From the NCBI GenBank assembly GCA_963778235.1, contig CAVZTQ010000002.1, positions 39,766 to 103,765 on the forward strand: 64,000 bases of DNA, read 5' to 3'. Below the pieces are notes generated by a model that was not told where the DNA came from, did not search any database, and saw only the letters and a list, made by a program, of their open reading frames with translations. Positions 26,850 to 35,968 of the stretch are shown piece after piece. How positions within the stretch are numbered: the first letter of the stretch is position 1; each line of letters begins with the position of its first letter. The translations under genes and the position numbers were made by a program. The stretch is from an uncultured Acidobacteriota bacterium. Its GTDB lineage: Bacteria > Acidobacteriota > Terriglobia > Acidiferrales > UBA7541.

Positions 26850-27656
26850 ATGAACTTGAAACGCCGCTATTTTGCAGGTGTGCTCGCAGTGCTGGCGGTT
26901 GCCGTGTTGACTGCACGCGCTGAAGACTTCTGGGTCAAGAAAACGTGGAATCAGTGGTCGAAAGATGAATGCAACAAAATTTTGACGGATTCGCCGTGGT
27001 CCAAGAGGTGGTCGAAAGGATCAGTGACGGTGAGCGCCGCGCTCCCCGGAAATTCCGGCCAGTCTTCGGAAGGCGCGGGCGGTGAAAAATCTCCTGAAGT
27101 TTTCTACGTGGTCCAGCTCAGGTCGTCTCTTCCCGTTCGAGAGGCGGTCGTGCGGCAGCAGCAAATTCAGGGATACAGCAAGCTTAGCGATGCGGAGAAG
27201 AAAGCGTTTGACGCCAAAGCCGAGGCGTTCTTCAACACGTCATACGAGGACGTAATTCTAGTCCACGTGGACTATGGTTCAAACGTTCAAACATTCGAGC
27301 GCGAGATGGCCGTCTATTGGAAGAACATTCGCGAGGACTCAGTGCCGGTGGATTTCTATCTGATTAACGAACGCGGCGATCGCATCACACCAGCAAGGTT
27401 CGTTTCTCCCAAGAACGGCACCTACGCATTTGATCTGATATTTCCGCGCTTGAAGAACAATGAGCCAGTCGTCCGCGAAGGCGATAAGACCTTGCAGATT
27501 CAATTCGTAAATCCTGCGGTGGGGAATCAGAGCCAATCGACCGGTGGCGCTTCCGCTGGGTCGCTTGATCCTTCCATTGGCGTGTTCGGCCGGGAGCGCG
27601 TCTTGATCCAATTTAAGCCGGACAAAATGATGGTGAACGGCAAACTGTCATTTTGA
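26850..27656 (+). CDS. Secreted protein of unknown function, paralog 3 of 4
   Basis: SD GGAGGGA. Signal peptide ...ARA/EDFWVKKTWNQWSKDECNKILTDSPWSKRW, then LRSSLPVREAVVR, YEDVILVHVDYGSNVQTFEREMAVYW, YAFDLIFPRLKNNEPV, ERVLIQF. Confidence 0.85.
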   Translation: MNLKRRYFAGVLAVLAVAVLTARAEDFWVKKTWNQWSKDECNKILTDSPWSKRWSKGSVTVSAALPGNSGQSSEGAGGEKSPEVFYVVQLRSSLPVREAVVRQQQIQGYSKLSDAEKKAFDAKAEAFFNTSYEDVILVHVDYGSNVQTFEREMAVYWKNIREDSVPVDFYLINERGDRITPARFVSPKNGTYAFDLIFPRLKNNEPVVREGDKTLQIQFVNPAVGNQSQSTGGASAGSLDPSIGVFGRERVLIQFKPDKMMVNGKLSF

Positions 27657-27791
27657 GGGATTGGTCAGCCCGAAATTGAGGCACGTGCGCGCATGAAGTT
27701 ACCAACGCGCGACCAAAAATAAGAATCAGGCAAACTAACGGAAGTCTCCGGCGTCTAAGCAGTAATAGAACACGTCGGAGGCTTCTGGATA

Positions 27792-28589
27792 ATGTCGATT
27801 TCACGAGGGAAGTTTGCAGGAATTCTAGCGGTATTGCTTTTGGCGGCGTTCACGGCGCAAGCCGAGGACTTCTGGGTTAAGAAAGACTGGAAGCAGTGGT
27901 CGAAAGAGGAGTGTACGAAGATTTTGCAGGACTCGCCGTGGTCCCGTAAGTGGGCCAAGAGCCAAATGGGCAGTCCTCAAATGCCGGGCGTTTCCGGTGC
28001 CAATGCAGAAGGCGCTTCTGGAGAGAAAACTCCGGAGATGCACTACGACATTGAACTGCAATCCGCCCTGCCGATTCGCGAAGCGGTAATTCGCAAAGCC
28101 CAAATCGATCAAAAATACGACAAGATGACCGAAGCGCAGAAGAAGGAGTTCGACTCGAAAGCGGGCGCCTTTCTGAATCGCAGCTACGACGACGTGATTT
28201 TGGTTCACATTACTTTTGGCTCGAATCTGCAAGCTTTTGAACGGGAGATGGCCACGTATTGGAAAACGATTCCACCCGAAGCGCCTCCCGTCGACATGTA
28301 CCTGATTACCGAAAACGGCGATCGCGTGCCGCCTATCAGATTCAATACATCGCAGAGTGGCGCTTACTCATTTGATTTGATTTTTCCGCGTATGAAAAAT
28401 CGCGAGCCAATTGTGCATGACGGCGATAAGGTTCTGAGCCTGCAGTTCACGCATCCGGCGATTGGGAATCAAACGCAAATCAATACGACCAATCCAACGA
28501 ATCCTTCGATCGATGTTTTCGGGGAAGAACGAGTCCTGATTCAATTCAAGCTGGATAAGATGGTAGTTAACGGTAAAGCAAATTATTGA
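27792..28589 (+). CDS. Secreted protein of unknown function, paralog 4 of 4
   Basis: Signal peptide ...AQA/EDFWVKKDWKQWSKEECTKILQDSPWSRKW, then LQSALPIREAVIR, YDDVILVHITFGSNLQAFEREMATYW, YSFDLIFPRMKNREPI, ERVLIQF. Confidence 0.85.
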   Translation: MSISRGKFAGILAVLLLAAFTAQAEDFWVKKDWKQWSKEECTKILQDSPWSRKWAKSQMGSPQMPGVSGANAEGASGEKTPEMHYDIELQSALPIREAVIRKAQIDQKYDKMTEAQKKEFDSKAGAFLNRSYDDVILVHITFGSNLQAFEREMATYWKTIPPEAPPVDMYLITENGDRVPPIRFNTSQSGAYSFDLIFPRMKNREPIVHDGDKVLSLQFTHPAIGNQTQINTTNPTNPSIDVFGEERVLIQFKLDKMVVNGKANY

Positions 28590-28755
28590 TTTTCTAAAAG
28601 ATTGAGCCGCTGGGCTGGGATTCGGGTAGAATGGCCTGATAGTCGAGCTTTGAATTGGCGGGCGCATGCAGAGCCAGTTCGGGCTTGGCGAAACTAGATT
28701 GCCGTCCTTGGATTAGCACACTACATCGGCAGCAATTTGAAGAGGTAGGTGGCCA

Positions 28756-30645
28756 ATGCCTTCCCAACCGTCCATAACGAACGGACTTGTTTCCGGAAAA
28801 TTTCCGAAGGTGCTGAAGCGTCCGCTGGCGATTCTCGCCACCTTGGGCGCGCTTGTACTAATTTCTTTGGCGCCTATGCTTCGCGCCGCTCCGCAATCGC
28901 AGACTCCGCCCCCGCCTCCTCCGGCGCAGAAGACTCAAGCACCCACAGATAGTTCGGCGACCGAAGCTGCTCGGCCCGCGCTGCGCGTGGTCCAGCAAAT
29001 GGTGCAAGTGGACATTATCGCGAAAGACCGCGACGGCAAGCCTGTCCAAAATTTGAGACAGAGCGATTTCACCGTGTACGACAACGGCCGGAAGCAGGAC
29101 ATTTCGTTCTTTTCGTTGGAGACGGATAAGACGCGAAATCTGCCGCGGCCTCAGTTGGCGCCGGGAACTTATTCCAATTTGATTGAACAGAAGCAAGGCG
29201 TGCCGGGGAATCTGACGATTCTGTTGCTGGATTTTCTGAACACGAAGCATTCAGATATTGCATTCGCGAAAGACAAAGTAATCAAACTACTTCGCGACAT
29301 GAAACCGGACGATCGCGTTGCGGTTTACGTGTTGAGCGGACGGCTTTATGTGCTGCACGATTTCACGAGCGACATGACCGCGCTGACGCAGTCCGTGAAG
29401 AAGTACGACACGGTTGACTCTGCGGATGTTGCGAACTCATCCTCGTACACTCCGGACTTCGGACCGGTGATCGCGGACAGTCAGTTCTTGAACCAAGCGT
29501 CTCAAGATATGTCGGATTACGCAAATATTGATCGCGTGTTCACGACGACAAATGTTTTTGAAATCATCGCGCAACATATGATCAGATTGCCGGGGCGCAA
29601 GAATCTCATTTGGGTATCGGGGTCATTTCCGATAAGCATGAATTTGGACAAGATCGAAAATTCTACGAACGATGCTTATGAGACTCCCTCAACGCCGATG
29701 CTCAGTCCTGCCACATATGGAGTGAAGCCCGGCCCGAGTAACCACTCGGAAGGGTTGTACATGTCCGATCGCAGGACTTTCGACGATCAGGTGGCGCGAG
29801 CCGTCCGCTCGCTTGCGAGCGCAAACATCGCGATTTATCCCGTGGACCCGCGCGGTCTGATTGGCAATTCCGGAACACTGGCACCGGCGCCTGCTATGAC
29901 AGGATCCATGCCGATCTCTTCTCCGCTAATGTATGAGCAGCCCGGTGCGCTTTACGATATTGCGCCTAATTTTGACACGATGAATATGCTCGCGAGTCAA
30001 ACCGGCGGACTCGCGTTCTATAACAACAATGACATCGGATCAGAAGTGCGGAAAGCGATCGAAGATTCGCGTGTAAGTTATATGCTCGCGTTCTATCCGT
30101 CGGTGGATGACGGTAAAGGAAGATTTCACAACCTTAAGGTGCGGGTAGACCGGCCCGGCATTGAACTTCGTTACCGCAACGGATATACGCCGAAGCCGCT
30201 GAACTTTACGGGCATCATTGATAACAGCGCCATTCTGCGCGAAGCAGTTGCAAGTCCGCTGGACGCTACGGGCCTGGGGATGACCGTGCACGCTTCGTCC
30301 GTACACGGCGCCACGACTCCGACGGTCGCGCTGCGAATTAATCTCGAGGAAAACGATGTCAGCTTCAAGTTTGACGACGAGCGCAACACCGGACTAATTG
30401 AAGTGATGCTGGTGCAGTACGACGCCGAAGGAAATCAGATTTGGGGCGAAACCAGCAAAGTGAAAATGCGTCTGGTGAAAGATACCTACGCGAAAGTTCG
30501 GAAAGAAGGCCTTCAGTTCGGACGGAATTTGCCGCTGAAACCCGGCGCCGTTGAATTGAAGGTGATTGCGTGCGACGACAAGAGCAGCGCGATCGGATCG
30601 GTGTCAATTCCGTTGGCGTCGTATCAGCCGCCGTCAGGAAAGTAA
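28756..30645 (+). CDS. VWFA-related acidobacterial-domain protein (large, secreted or membrane-anchored)
   Basis: 629 aa with an N-terminal TM/signal segment and a Pro-rich linker. Family module LRVVQQMVQVDIIAKDRDGKPVQNLRQSDFTVYDNGRKQDISFFSLE. VWA-like core (LTILLLDFLNT..., NLIWVSGSFP, IAIYPVDPRGL, TGGLAFYNNND). Confidence 0.82.
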   Translation: MPSQPSITNGLVSGKFPKVLKRPLAILATLGALVLISLAPMLRAAPQSQTPPPPPPAQKTQAPTDSSATEAARPALRVVQQMVQVDIIAKDRDGKPVQNLRQSDFTVYDNGRKQDISFFSLETDKTRNLPRPQLAPGTYSNLIEQKQGVPGNLTILLLDFLNTKHSDIAFAKDKVIKLLRDMKPDDRVAVYVLSGRLYVLHDFTSDMTALTQSVKKYDTVDSADVANSSSYTPDFGPVIADSQFLNQASQDMSDYANIDRVFTTTNVFEIIAQHMIRLPGRKNLIWVSGSFPISMNLDKIENSTNDAYETPSTPMLSPATYGVKPGPSNHSEGLYMSDRRTFDDQVARAVRSLASANIAIYPVDPRGLIGNSGTLAPAPAMTGSMPISSPLMYEQPGALYDIAPNFDTMNMLASQTGGLAFYNNNDIGSEVRKAIEDSRVSYMLAFYPSVDDGKGRFHNLKVRVDRPGIELRYRNGYTPKPLNFTGIIDNSAILREAVASPLDATGLGMTVHASSVHGATTPTVALRINLEENDVSFKFDDERNTGLIEVMLVQYDAEGNQIWGETSKVKMRLVKDTYAKVRKEGLQFGRNLPLKPGAVELKVIACDDKSSAIGSVSIPLASYQPPSGK

Positions 30646-31268
30646 GAATATTTACGCAACAGAATCAAGTGTACGGGCAAATAAAACAGCAGGACCGTGC
30701 CCGTGAAAATAATCGCCAAATGAACTGGCGCCGGCCCCAGCGCGCGATGAAATACCGGATCGAGAACTGCGTAATTCAAATTTCCTGACGGCCCCATCCA
30801 ACGAGAAACAGCCAACACGCATACGGTAATCCCTGATTGCAGCGCCAGTGCGCGGCGATCGTATCCAATCCGCGCGCACAGGACGACCAGCAGAATCGGC
30901 AATCCGATATGAAATAGCGAGAGCATCCGTACCCACAATGGAATCGTTGCGTCCCAAAGATATTCCGTGCCGCCGAGTAAGTTGTGGTGAAACACAACTC
31001 GCCAACAGGCGTCCAATCCCCAAAGAATGCCTGTCACAACCGTGGCAAGCGCCTGCGAAGAAATCAGCAAACGATTCCCGAAAATAATTCCGAGGCACGC
31101 AAGAATCACGGCGATATCGCACAAGTGAAGAAAATTCTGCCAGCCCCACGCGCGCCAGTACGCGGGAATCCAGATGGCGAGCCACGCAAGCGCGATCCAT
31201 TTCAAAACAGGGAAGTTGACGGGTGGAAATTCACCGGAGGAGTTGCGCGAGTTTCGTAGCACCGGCAC
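30624..31268 (-). CDS. Integral membrane protein, unknown function
   Basis: 214 aa with about 6 hydrophobic helices (WIALAWLAIWIPAYW, CDIAVILACLGIIFG, ...). Its 3' end overlaps the convergent VWA gene by 22 nt. Confidence 0.6.
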   Translation of the reverse strand: MPVLRNSRNSSGEFPPVNFPVLKWIALAWLAIWIPAYWRAWGWQNFLHLCDIAVILACLGIIFGNRLLISSQALATVVTGILWGLDACWRVVFHHNLLGGTEYLWDATIPLWVRMLSLFHIGLPILLVVLCARIGYDRRALALQSGITVCVLAVSRWMGPSGNLNYAVLDPVFHRALGPAPVHLAIIFTGTVLLFYLPVHLILLRKYSYFPDGG

Positions 31269-31316
31269 GAGCCGGACTTTACATCCAAATCACAATTTCG
31301 GACAGATGGACTTCAG

Positions 31317-31685
31317 TTAGTTATGCGCTTGCGTTGTCGGCGTCGCCGGCGCATCGCTCGCGTTCATAATATTTTTCGTGTGGCGTCCGGAAGGTTGTGC
31401 GGCCGGTTCTTTCGATACTGACGGCATCGCGGCGCGCTTATGGCAGGACGTTGCCCACCAACGCGTTTCGTACTTCGGGATCTCGCACATTTTTTTCGGA
31501 CATGACGCCATGCCGTCATGACCTTCGCACTGGCAATAGCATTTGAATTGTTTCGCGGCGGCCGGTTGCGGCGTGCGTCCGTCAGCAAACATCGGAACTG
31601 CAGCGCAGGTGATCAGCGCAATCAGTGCTGCGGTTTGCCATATCGCTCGCCGGGTGGTTGTCGTGATGTGTGCTCTCATTGACAT
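31317..31685 (-). CDS. Small Cys-rich secreted protein, unknown function
   Basis: Start moved to ATG 31685 (MSMRAHITTTTRRAIWQTAALIALITCAAVPMFA). The mature part has 7 Cys (FKCYCQCEGHDGMASCPKKMCEIPKYETRWWATSCHK). Confidence 0.5.
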   Translation of the reverse strand: MSMRAHITTTTRRAIWQTAALIALITCAAVPMFADGRTPQPAAAKQFKCYCQCEGHDGMASCPKKMCEIPKYETRWWATSCHKRAAMPSVSKEPAAQPSGRHTKNIMNASDAPATPTTQAHN

Positions 31686-32243
31686 GACGCAATATTGCGC
31701 TGCGGAAGTGCACAGCCTGTATGGCGCTGTAGGATAGTTCGCCGCGTACCGGGGTTCTATAACCACAATTTTCAAGTGATTGAAAATAGGGGACTTAAAG
31801 ACACAGTACCGCGATGGTACTGCCTTATTTCGGGGCATTTTTGGCTTGAGAGAGCAGCAAGGAAAACTTGAACGCTTTAGCGAACACTTTTTTAGAAAGG
31901 GACCTATCTGAGATGAATCTCAGCGAATCAGTTCCTTAATAGGAACGTCCGCCCGAAATGGAACTGCGCGCGTGGGAATTATTCCGCGAAAACCGAATCG
32001 CAAACTCGCAAGTGATAGGAAAGATTGAAAAGTTTTCGCGCGTGCTTGCTCCAAAAAATTGGCCCACTTATTGCTATGACAGAGACGGGTGCATTTCGAA
32101 AGCGATCCAAAGCCCGACGACGAGTGAGGGGGAAGGGGCTTGCTCGTTGAAAGGAATGGATCGTTCCTACCTGCCTCTGAGAGGGAAGCATGTTGGATGA
32201 CCCCACGCCCCGGTCTCTGTGCCGGGAAACGAAATGCACTTTT

Positions 32244-32282
32244 CGAGGCTCCAGTCCCAAGCTGGGGCCTCGATCTATTTTA
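32244..32282 (+). terminator. Orphan terminator-like hairpin in a gene-free region
   Basis: CGAGGCTCCAG (32244-32254) pairs with CTGGGGCCTCG (32262-32272): 11 bp including one G-U. ATCTATTTTA follows. There is no convincing plus-strand gene upstream. Confidence 0.4.
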
Positions 32283-32296
32283 GTAGTAAAGATTTC

Positions 32297-32321
32297 GTAG
32301 CACCGACACTCTTGTCGGTGC
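32297..32321 (+). repeat. REP-like element, class III
   Basis: GTAGCACCGACACTCTTGTCGGTGC is flanked on both sides by the identical heptamer AGATTTC (32290-32296 and 32322-32328). Confidence 0.8.
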
Positions 32322-32422
32322 AGATTTCCGACCGCCTACACAAGTCCACCAACAACAAAAATTGGGAAAAATTATTCGGAGGTTCGGTTTGCGTGGCACA
32401 GCCATTCCTGGCTGTGTTGTCT

Positions 32423-32644
32423 CTAAATCATTCCCTCGGCAACAGGAATATTCGCCGCGCGCAGCACGTGCGCCACTTGAGTCGCACGCAAACGCGACGC
32501 GTCATATTCAAATCGCACCACGTTTCCCGCTTCATCAATGTGAAAACGCCGGAGCCCGTACGTGTTTGAAAATTCCGCGAGAGCCTGCAGTTGCGTGGAC
32601 GTAATCGGCGATTGCAGGCGAAACTTCACTTCAACCAGTGTCAT
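32423..32644 (-). CDS. Small hypothetical protein (73 aa), divergent from the Cu-ATPase gene
   Basis: Clean ORF (MTLVEVKFRLQSPITSTQLQALAEFSNTYGLRRFHIDEAGNVVRFEYDASRLRATQVAHVLRAANIPV). TATAAT (32654-32659, minus strand) ends 8 nt before the ATG and there is no SD, which suggests a leaderless mRNA. Confidence 0.5.
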   Translation of the reverse strand: MTLVEVKFRLQSPITSTQLQALAEFSNTYGLRRFHIDEAGNVVRFEYDASRLRATQVAHVLRAANIPVAEGMI

Positions 32645-32744
32645 ATGCCGCGATTATATCAGGAGTGCCGCGGCGAATGCAGGATTCCGCAGACGAGCGT
32701 TTTGAATTGCACGTCATGCGCCGTGATATTCTGATGACGACCCA

Positions 32745-35282
32745 ATGACAGACAGAGTGAATTCCGAGCGAGATCCCGTTTGCGGTATGCAGGTCGACCC
32801 TGCGCGCGCCGCCGCGAAAGTGGAACACGGCGGAAAAATATTTTATTTTTGTTCGGCGGGATGCGGAAAGAAATTTACGGAGACGCCAGAGAAATACTTG
32901 TCGGCGAAGACGATTGATCCACGTGAAATGATGCCTGCGTCCGGCGGCTTTGTGACCATCGGCGGTGCGAAGCCAGTGCATGCGCCGCACGAAGTAAGAG
33001 CTCCGCAAAGGGGTTCTGTCGAGTACACCTGTCCGATGCATCCGGAAATCCGCGAAATCGTTCGCGCCGGTGCGAATCCGCCACCCTGTCCAGATTGTGG
33101 GATGGCACTGGATCCAGTTAATGTCGAAGCAAACCAATCCTCGGCGAAAACCGAATACGTTTGCCCGATGCACCCCGAAATTGTTCGTGACGCACCGGGG
33201 ACTTGCCCCATCTGCGGAATGGCGCTCGAACCGCGCACTGTAACTCTCGCGGAGCCGCCGAACGCTGAACTTATTTCAATGACGCGCCGACTCTGGATAT
33301 GCGCCGTGCTTACCGCGCCAGTTTTTCTGCTGTCCATGTCGGATTTAATTCCGGGTATGCCGATGCAGAATTTGCTCGGCATGCGCGCAATCACCTGGAT
33401 TGAATTTCTGCTCGCCACTCCGGTGGTGCTTTGGGGCGGATGGCCGTTTTTTGAGCGCGGCGTCGCTTCGATCGTTCGGCTCAAACTAAATATGTTCACG
33501 CTGATTGCGATTGGCACAAGCGCCGCCTACGGATTCAGCGTGGTTGCGGCGATTGCTCCCGGAATATTTCCGGCGTCATTTCGGGAGATGGACGGGAGTG
33601 TGGCCACATATTTCGAGGCAGCCGCGGTAATCACAACTCTCGTGCTTCTCGGACAAGTGCTGGAACTTCGCGCGCGAAGTCAGACGAGTGGAGCGATTCG
33701 CGCGCTGCTCGGCCTGCAACCTTCCACAGCTCTGCGTGTATCCGCGGACGGACGCGATGAGGAAGTCCCGATGGACGCGGTGCATCCGGGAGACAAACTT
33801 CGCGTACGTCCCGGAGAAAAAATTCCAGTCGACGGAATTGTGCTCGAAGGGCGCAGCACCGTGGACGAGTCCATGATTACCGGCGAAGCGATTCCCGTGG
33901 AAAAGATGGAGGGCGTGCGAGTAACCGGAGGCACCATAAATTCGACGGGAAGTTTTGTGATGCGCGCGGAAAAAGTTGGACGCGATATGTTGCTGGCGCA
34001 AATCGTGAAAATGGTCAGCGATGCCCAACGAAGCCGCGCGCCAATTCAGCGGTTGGCTGACGTGGTTGCGTCATATTTTGTTCCGGCGGTATTAGTTTGC
34101 GCGGCTATTACGTTTGTAGTCTGGACGTTTGCAGGCCCGCAACCGCGATTGGCGCATGCGATCGTGAATTCCGTCGCGGTTCTGATTATCGCCTGTCCTT
34201 GCGCGCTGGGATTGGCTACGCCGATGTCGATTATGGTCGGCACCGGACGAGGCACGCGCGCCGGCGTCCTGATTAAAAACGCGGAGGCTCTCGAAATTCT
34301 GGAAAAGGTTGACACGCTGGTGGTGGACAAAACGGGCACGCTGACCGAAGGAAATCCGCGCGTGACCGCGATTGTTCCGGCGGCCGCGCACGCTGAAAAA
34401 GAGCTATTAGGTTTTGCTGCGAGTGTCGAGCGCGCCAGCGAACATCCATTGGCCGCGGCAATTTTAGCCGCGGCGAGAGAAAAATCTGTAGAAGCTTCCG
34501 CGGTTTCCAATTTCAACGCTATCGCTGGCGGCGGAGTTACCGCCGAAATTGCACGAGATGGAAATTTTCCGGTACAGCGCATCAGCCTAGGAAGCTCAGC
34601 GTTTCTGATTGAGCAGGGAATTCCGACGGATTCACTTTCAGCGCAAGCGGAAAAGCTCCGGCAGAACGGTGACACCGTTGTGTTCGTGGCGGCCGGCAGC
34701 GAATTAATCGGAATGATCGGCGTGGCAGATCCAATCAAAAAAACGACCATCGAAGCATTGCGAGATTTGCGTGCCGAAGGGCTGAAGATCGTGATGCTGA
34801 CCGGCGACAACAAGACCACCGCCGAAGCCGTCGCACGAAGTCTAGGCATTGACGAAGTGCACGCCGAAGTTCGACCCGAAAGAAAAGGCGAAATTATTCG
34901 CGAGCTGATCGCGCAGGGTCGCAAAGTCGCCATGGCAGGAGACGGAATTAATGACGCGCCGGCGCTCGCGGCTGCGGACGTCGGAATCGCGATGGGTTGC
35001 GGCACGGACGTGGCCATGGAAAGCGCCAGTATCACGCTTGTCGGAGGAGACTTGCGCGCCATCGTTCGCGCCAGCCGGTTGAGCCGTGCAACAATGCGGA
35101 ATATTCGCCAGAATTTGTTTTTCGCGTTCGTTTATAACGTGTTGGGCATTCCACTGGCCGCAGGCGTACTGTATCCATTTTTCGGATGGCTGCTTAGCCC
35201 GATGATTGCCAGCGCCGCGATGAGTTTTAGTTCTGTCTCGATAATTTCCAACGCTCTTCGCCTGCGAAAAGTTCAGCTTTAA
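32745..35282 (+). CDS. copA: Copper/silver-translocating P1B-type ATPase with a YHS/TRASH domain and two CPMHPE-type metal-binding modules at the N-terminus
   Basis: DPVCGMQVD...[11 protein letters not shown]. Two copies of Y(T/V)CPMHPEI...CP.CGMALEP. CPC in [35 protein letters not shown]. Confidence 0.92.
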   Translation: MTDRVNSERDPVCGMQVDPARAAAKVEHGGKIFYFCSAGCGKKFTETPEKYLSAKTIDPREMMPASGGFVTIGGAKPVHAPHEVRAPQRGSVEYTCPMHPEIREIVRAGANPPPCPDCGMALDPVNVEANQSSAKTEYVCPMHPEIVRDAPGTCPICGMALEPRTVTLAEPPNAELISMTRRLWICAVLTAPVFLLSMSDLIPGMPMQNLLGMRAITWIEFLLATPVVLWGGWPFFERGVASIVRLKLNMFTLIAIGTSAAYGFSVVAAIAPGIFPASFREMDGSVATYFEAAAVITTLVLLGQVLELRARSQTSGAIRALLGLQPSTALRVSADGRDEEVPMDAVHPGDKLRVRPGEKIPVDGIVLEGRSTVDESMITGEAIPVEKMEGVRVTGGTINSTGSFVMRAEKVGRDMLLAQIVKMVSDAQRSRAPIQRLADVVASYFVPAVLVCAAITFVVWTFAGPQPRLAHAIVNSVAVLIIACPCALGLATPMSIMVGTGRGTRAGVLIKNAEALEILEKVDTLVVDKTGTLTEGNPRVTAIVPAAAHAEKELLGFAASVERASEHPLAAAILAAAREKSVEASAVSNFNAIAGGGVTAEIARDGNFPVQRISLGSSAFLIEQGIPTDSLSAQAEKLRQNGDTVVFVAAGSELIGMIGVADPIKKTTIEALRDLRAEGLKIVMLTGDNKTTAEAVARSLGIDEVHAEVRPERKGEIIRELIAQGRKVAMAGDGINDAPALAAADVGIAMGCGTDVAMESASITLVGGDLRAIVRASRLSRATMRNIRQNLFFAFVYNVLGIPLAAGVLYPFFGWLLSPMIASAAMSFSSVSIISNALRLRKVQL

Positions 35283-35437
35283 CGCAACCCTCACTCTCAA
35301 GAAAAGTTTCGCGCACGCCCGCAAATAAACTCCAATAAAACACAAAACATTCGGAAACTTCGCTGATGCCAGTGTGTTTGAAGGAATGGGATGAGAGAGA
35401 AGTAAGCAGTCAAATCTAGTGCGAACGAGGTACGATC

Positions 35438-35830
35438 ATGAAACGCGAGTGGATGAATTGGAAATCATTGGTTGTGGCATTTGTATTGGTGGGAGCTTTC
35501 ACGGTGACGCAATTGTCTGCGCAGCAAACTCAATCCACCGGACAAACTTCCTCCACGTCGGCGCAGCCAGCTGGAAAAATTGCCGACCGCAAAGAAAATC
35601 AGCAGGATCGAATCGCGCAGGGCGTGAAAAGCGGTCAACTGACTGCGGGCGAAACGGCGAATCTCGAGCACAAAGAAGCGCGAATCAACCGCGAAACCCG
35701 CGCGGACCGCGCCGCGAACGGCGGCAAATTAACTGACGCCGAAAAAGCGAAAGTGAATCGCCAGCAGAATCGTGTATCAAATAAAATCTACCGTGACAAG
35801 CACAACAACCGCACGCAGCACCCGAAGTAA
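35438..35830 (+). CDS. Secreted Lys/Arg/Gln-rich small protein, unknown function
   Basis: Signal peptide WKSLVVAFVLVGAFTVTQLSAQ. The mature part is charged and helical (RKENQQDRIAQGVKSGQLTAGETANLEHKEARINRE...KVNRQQNRVSNKIYRDKHNN). Confidence 0.65.
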   Translation: MKREWMNWKSLVVAFVLVGAFTVTQLSAQQTQSTGQTSSTSAQPAGKIADRKENQQDRIAQGVKSGQLTAGETANLEHKEARINRETRADRAANGGKLTDAEKAKVNRQQNRVSNKIYRDKHNNRTQHPK

Positions 35831-35968
35831 TTACTGCTCAAAGATTTTCCCCTTGATTTGTGCCAATGCTCCTCGAATGCTGGGGAGCATTTGCACTTCT
35901 GAATGGCAATTTACGGAGCGAGATTGTATGCGCGATGCGCGTATGCGAGAATAGAGCTTGGAAGAACG

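Noticed and set aside
24847-28589. Assignment of the four paralogs to the GWxTD-domain family, which is often seen in Acidobacteriota
   Set aside because: The N-terminal W..W(S)K(D/E)E...I(L)TD pattern resembles it only superficially. None of the four contains a GWxTD motif. I cannot support the assignment without a profile search.
31958-32200. 80-aa ORF in the gene-free spacer, upstream of the orphan hairpin
   Set aside because: It has no SD and no recognisable motif, and its composition is unremarkable. It is kept only as a possibility under the spacer finding.
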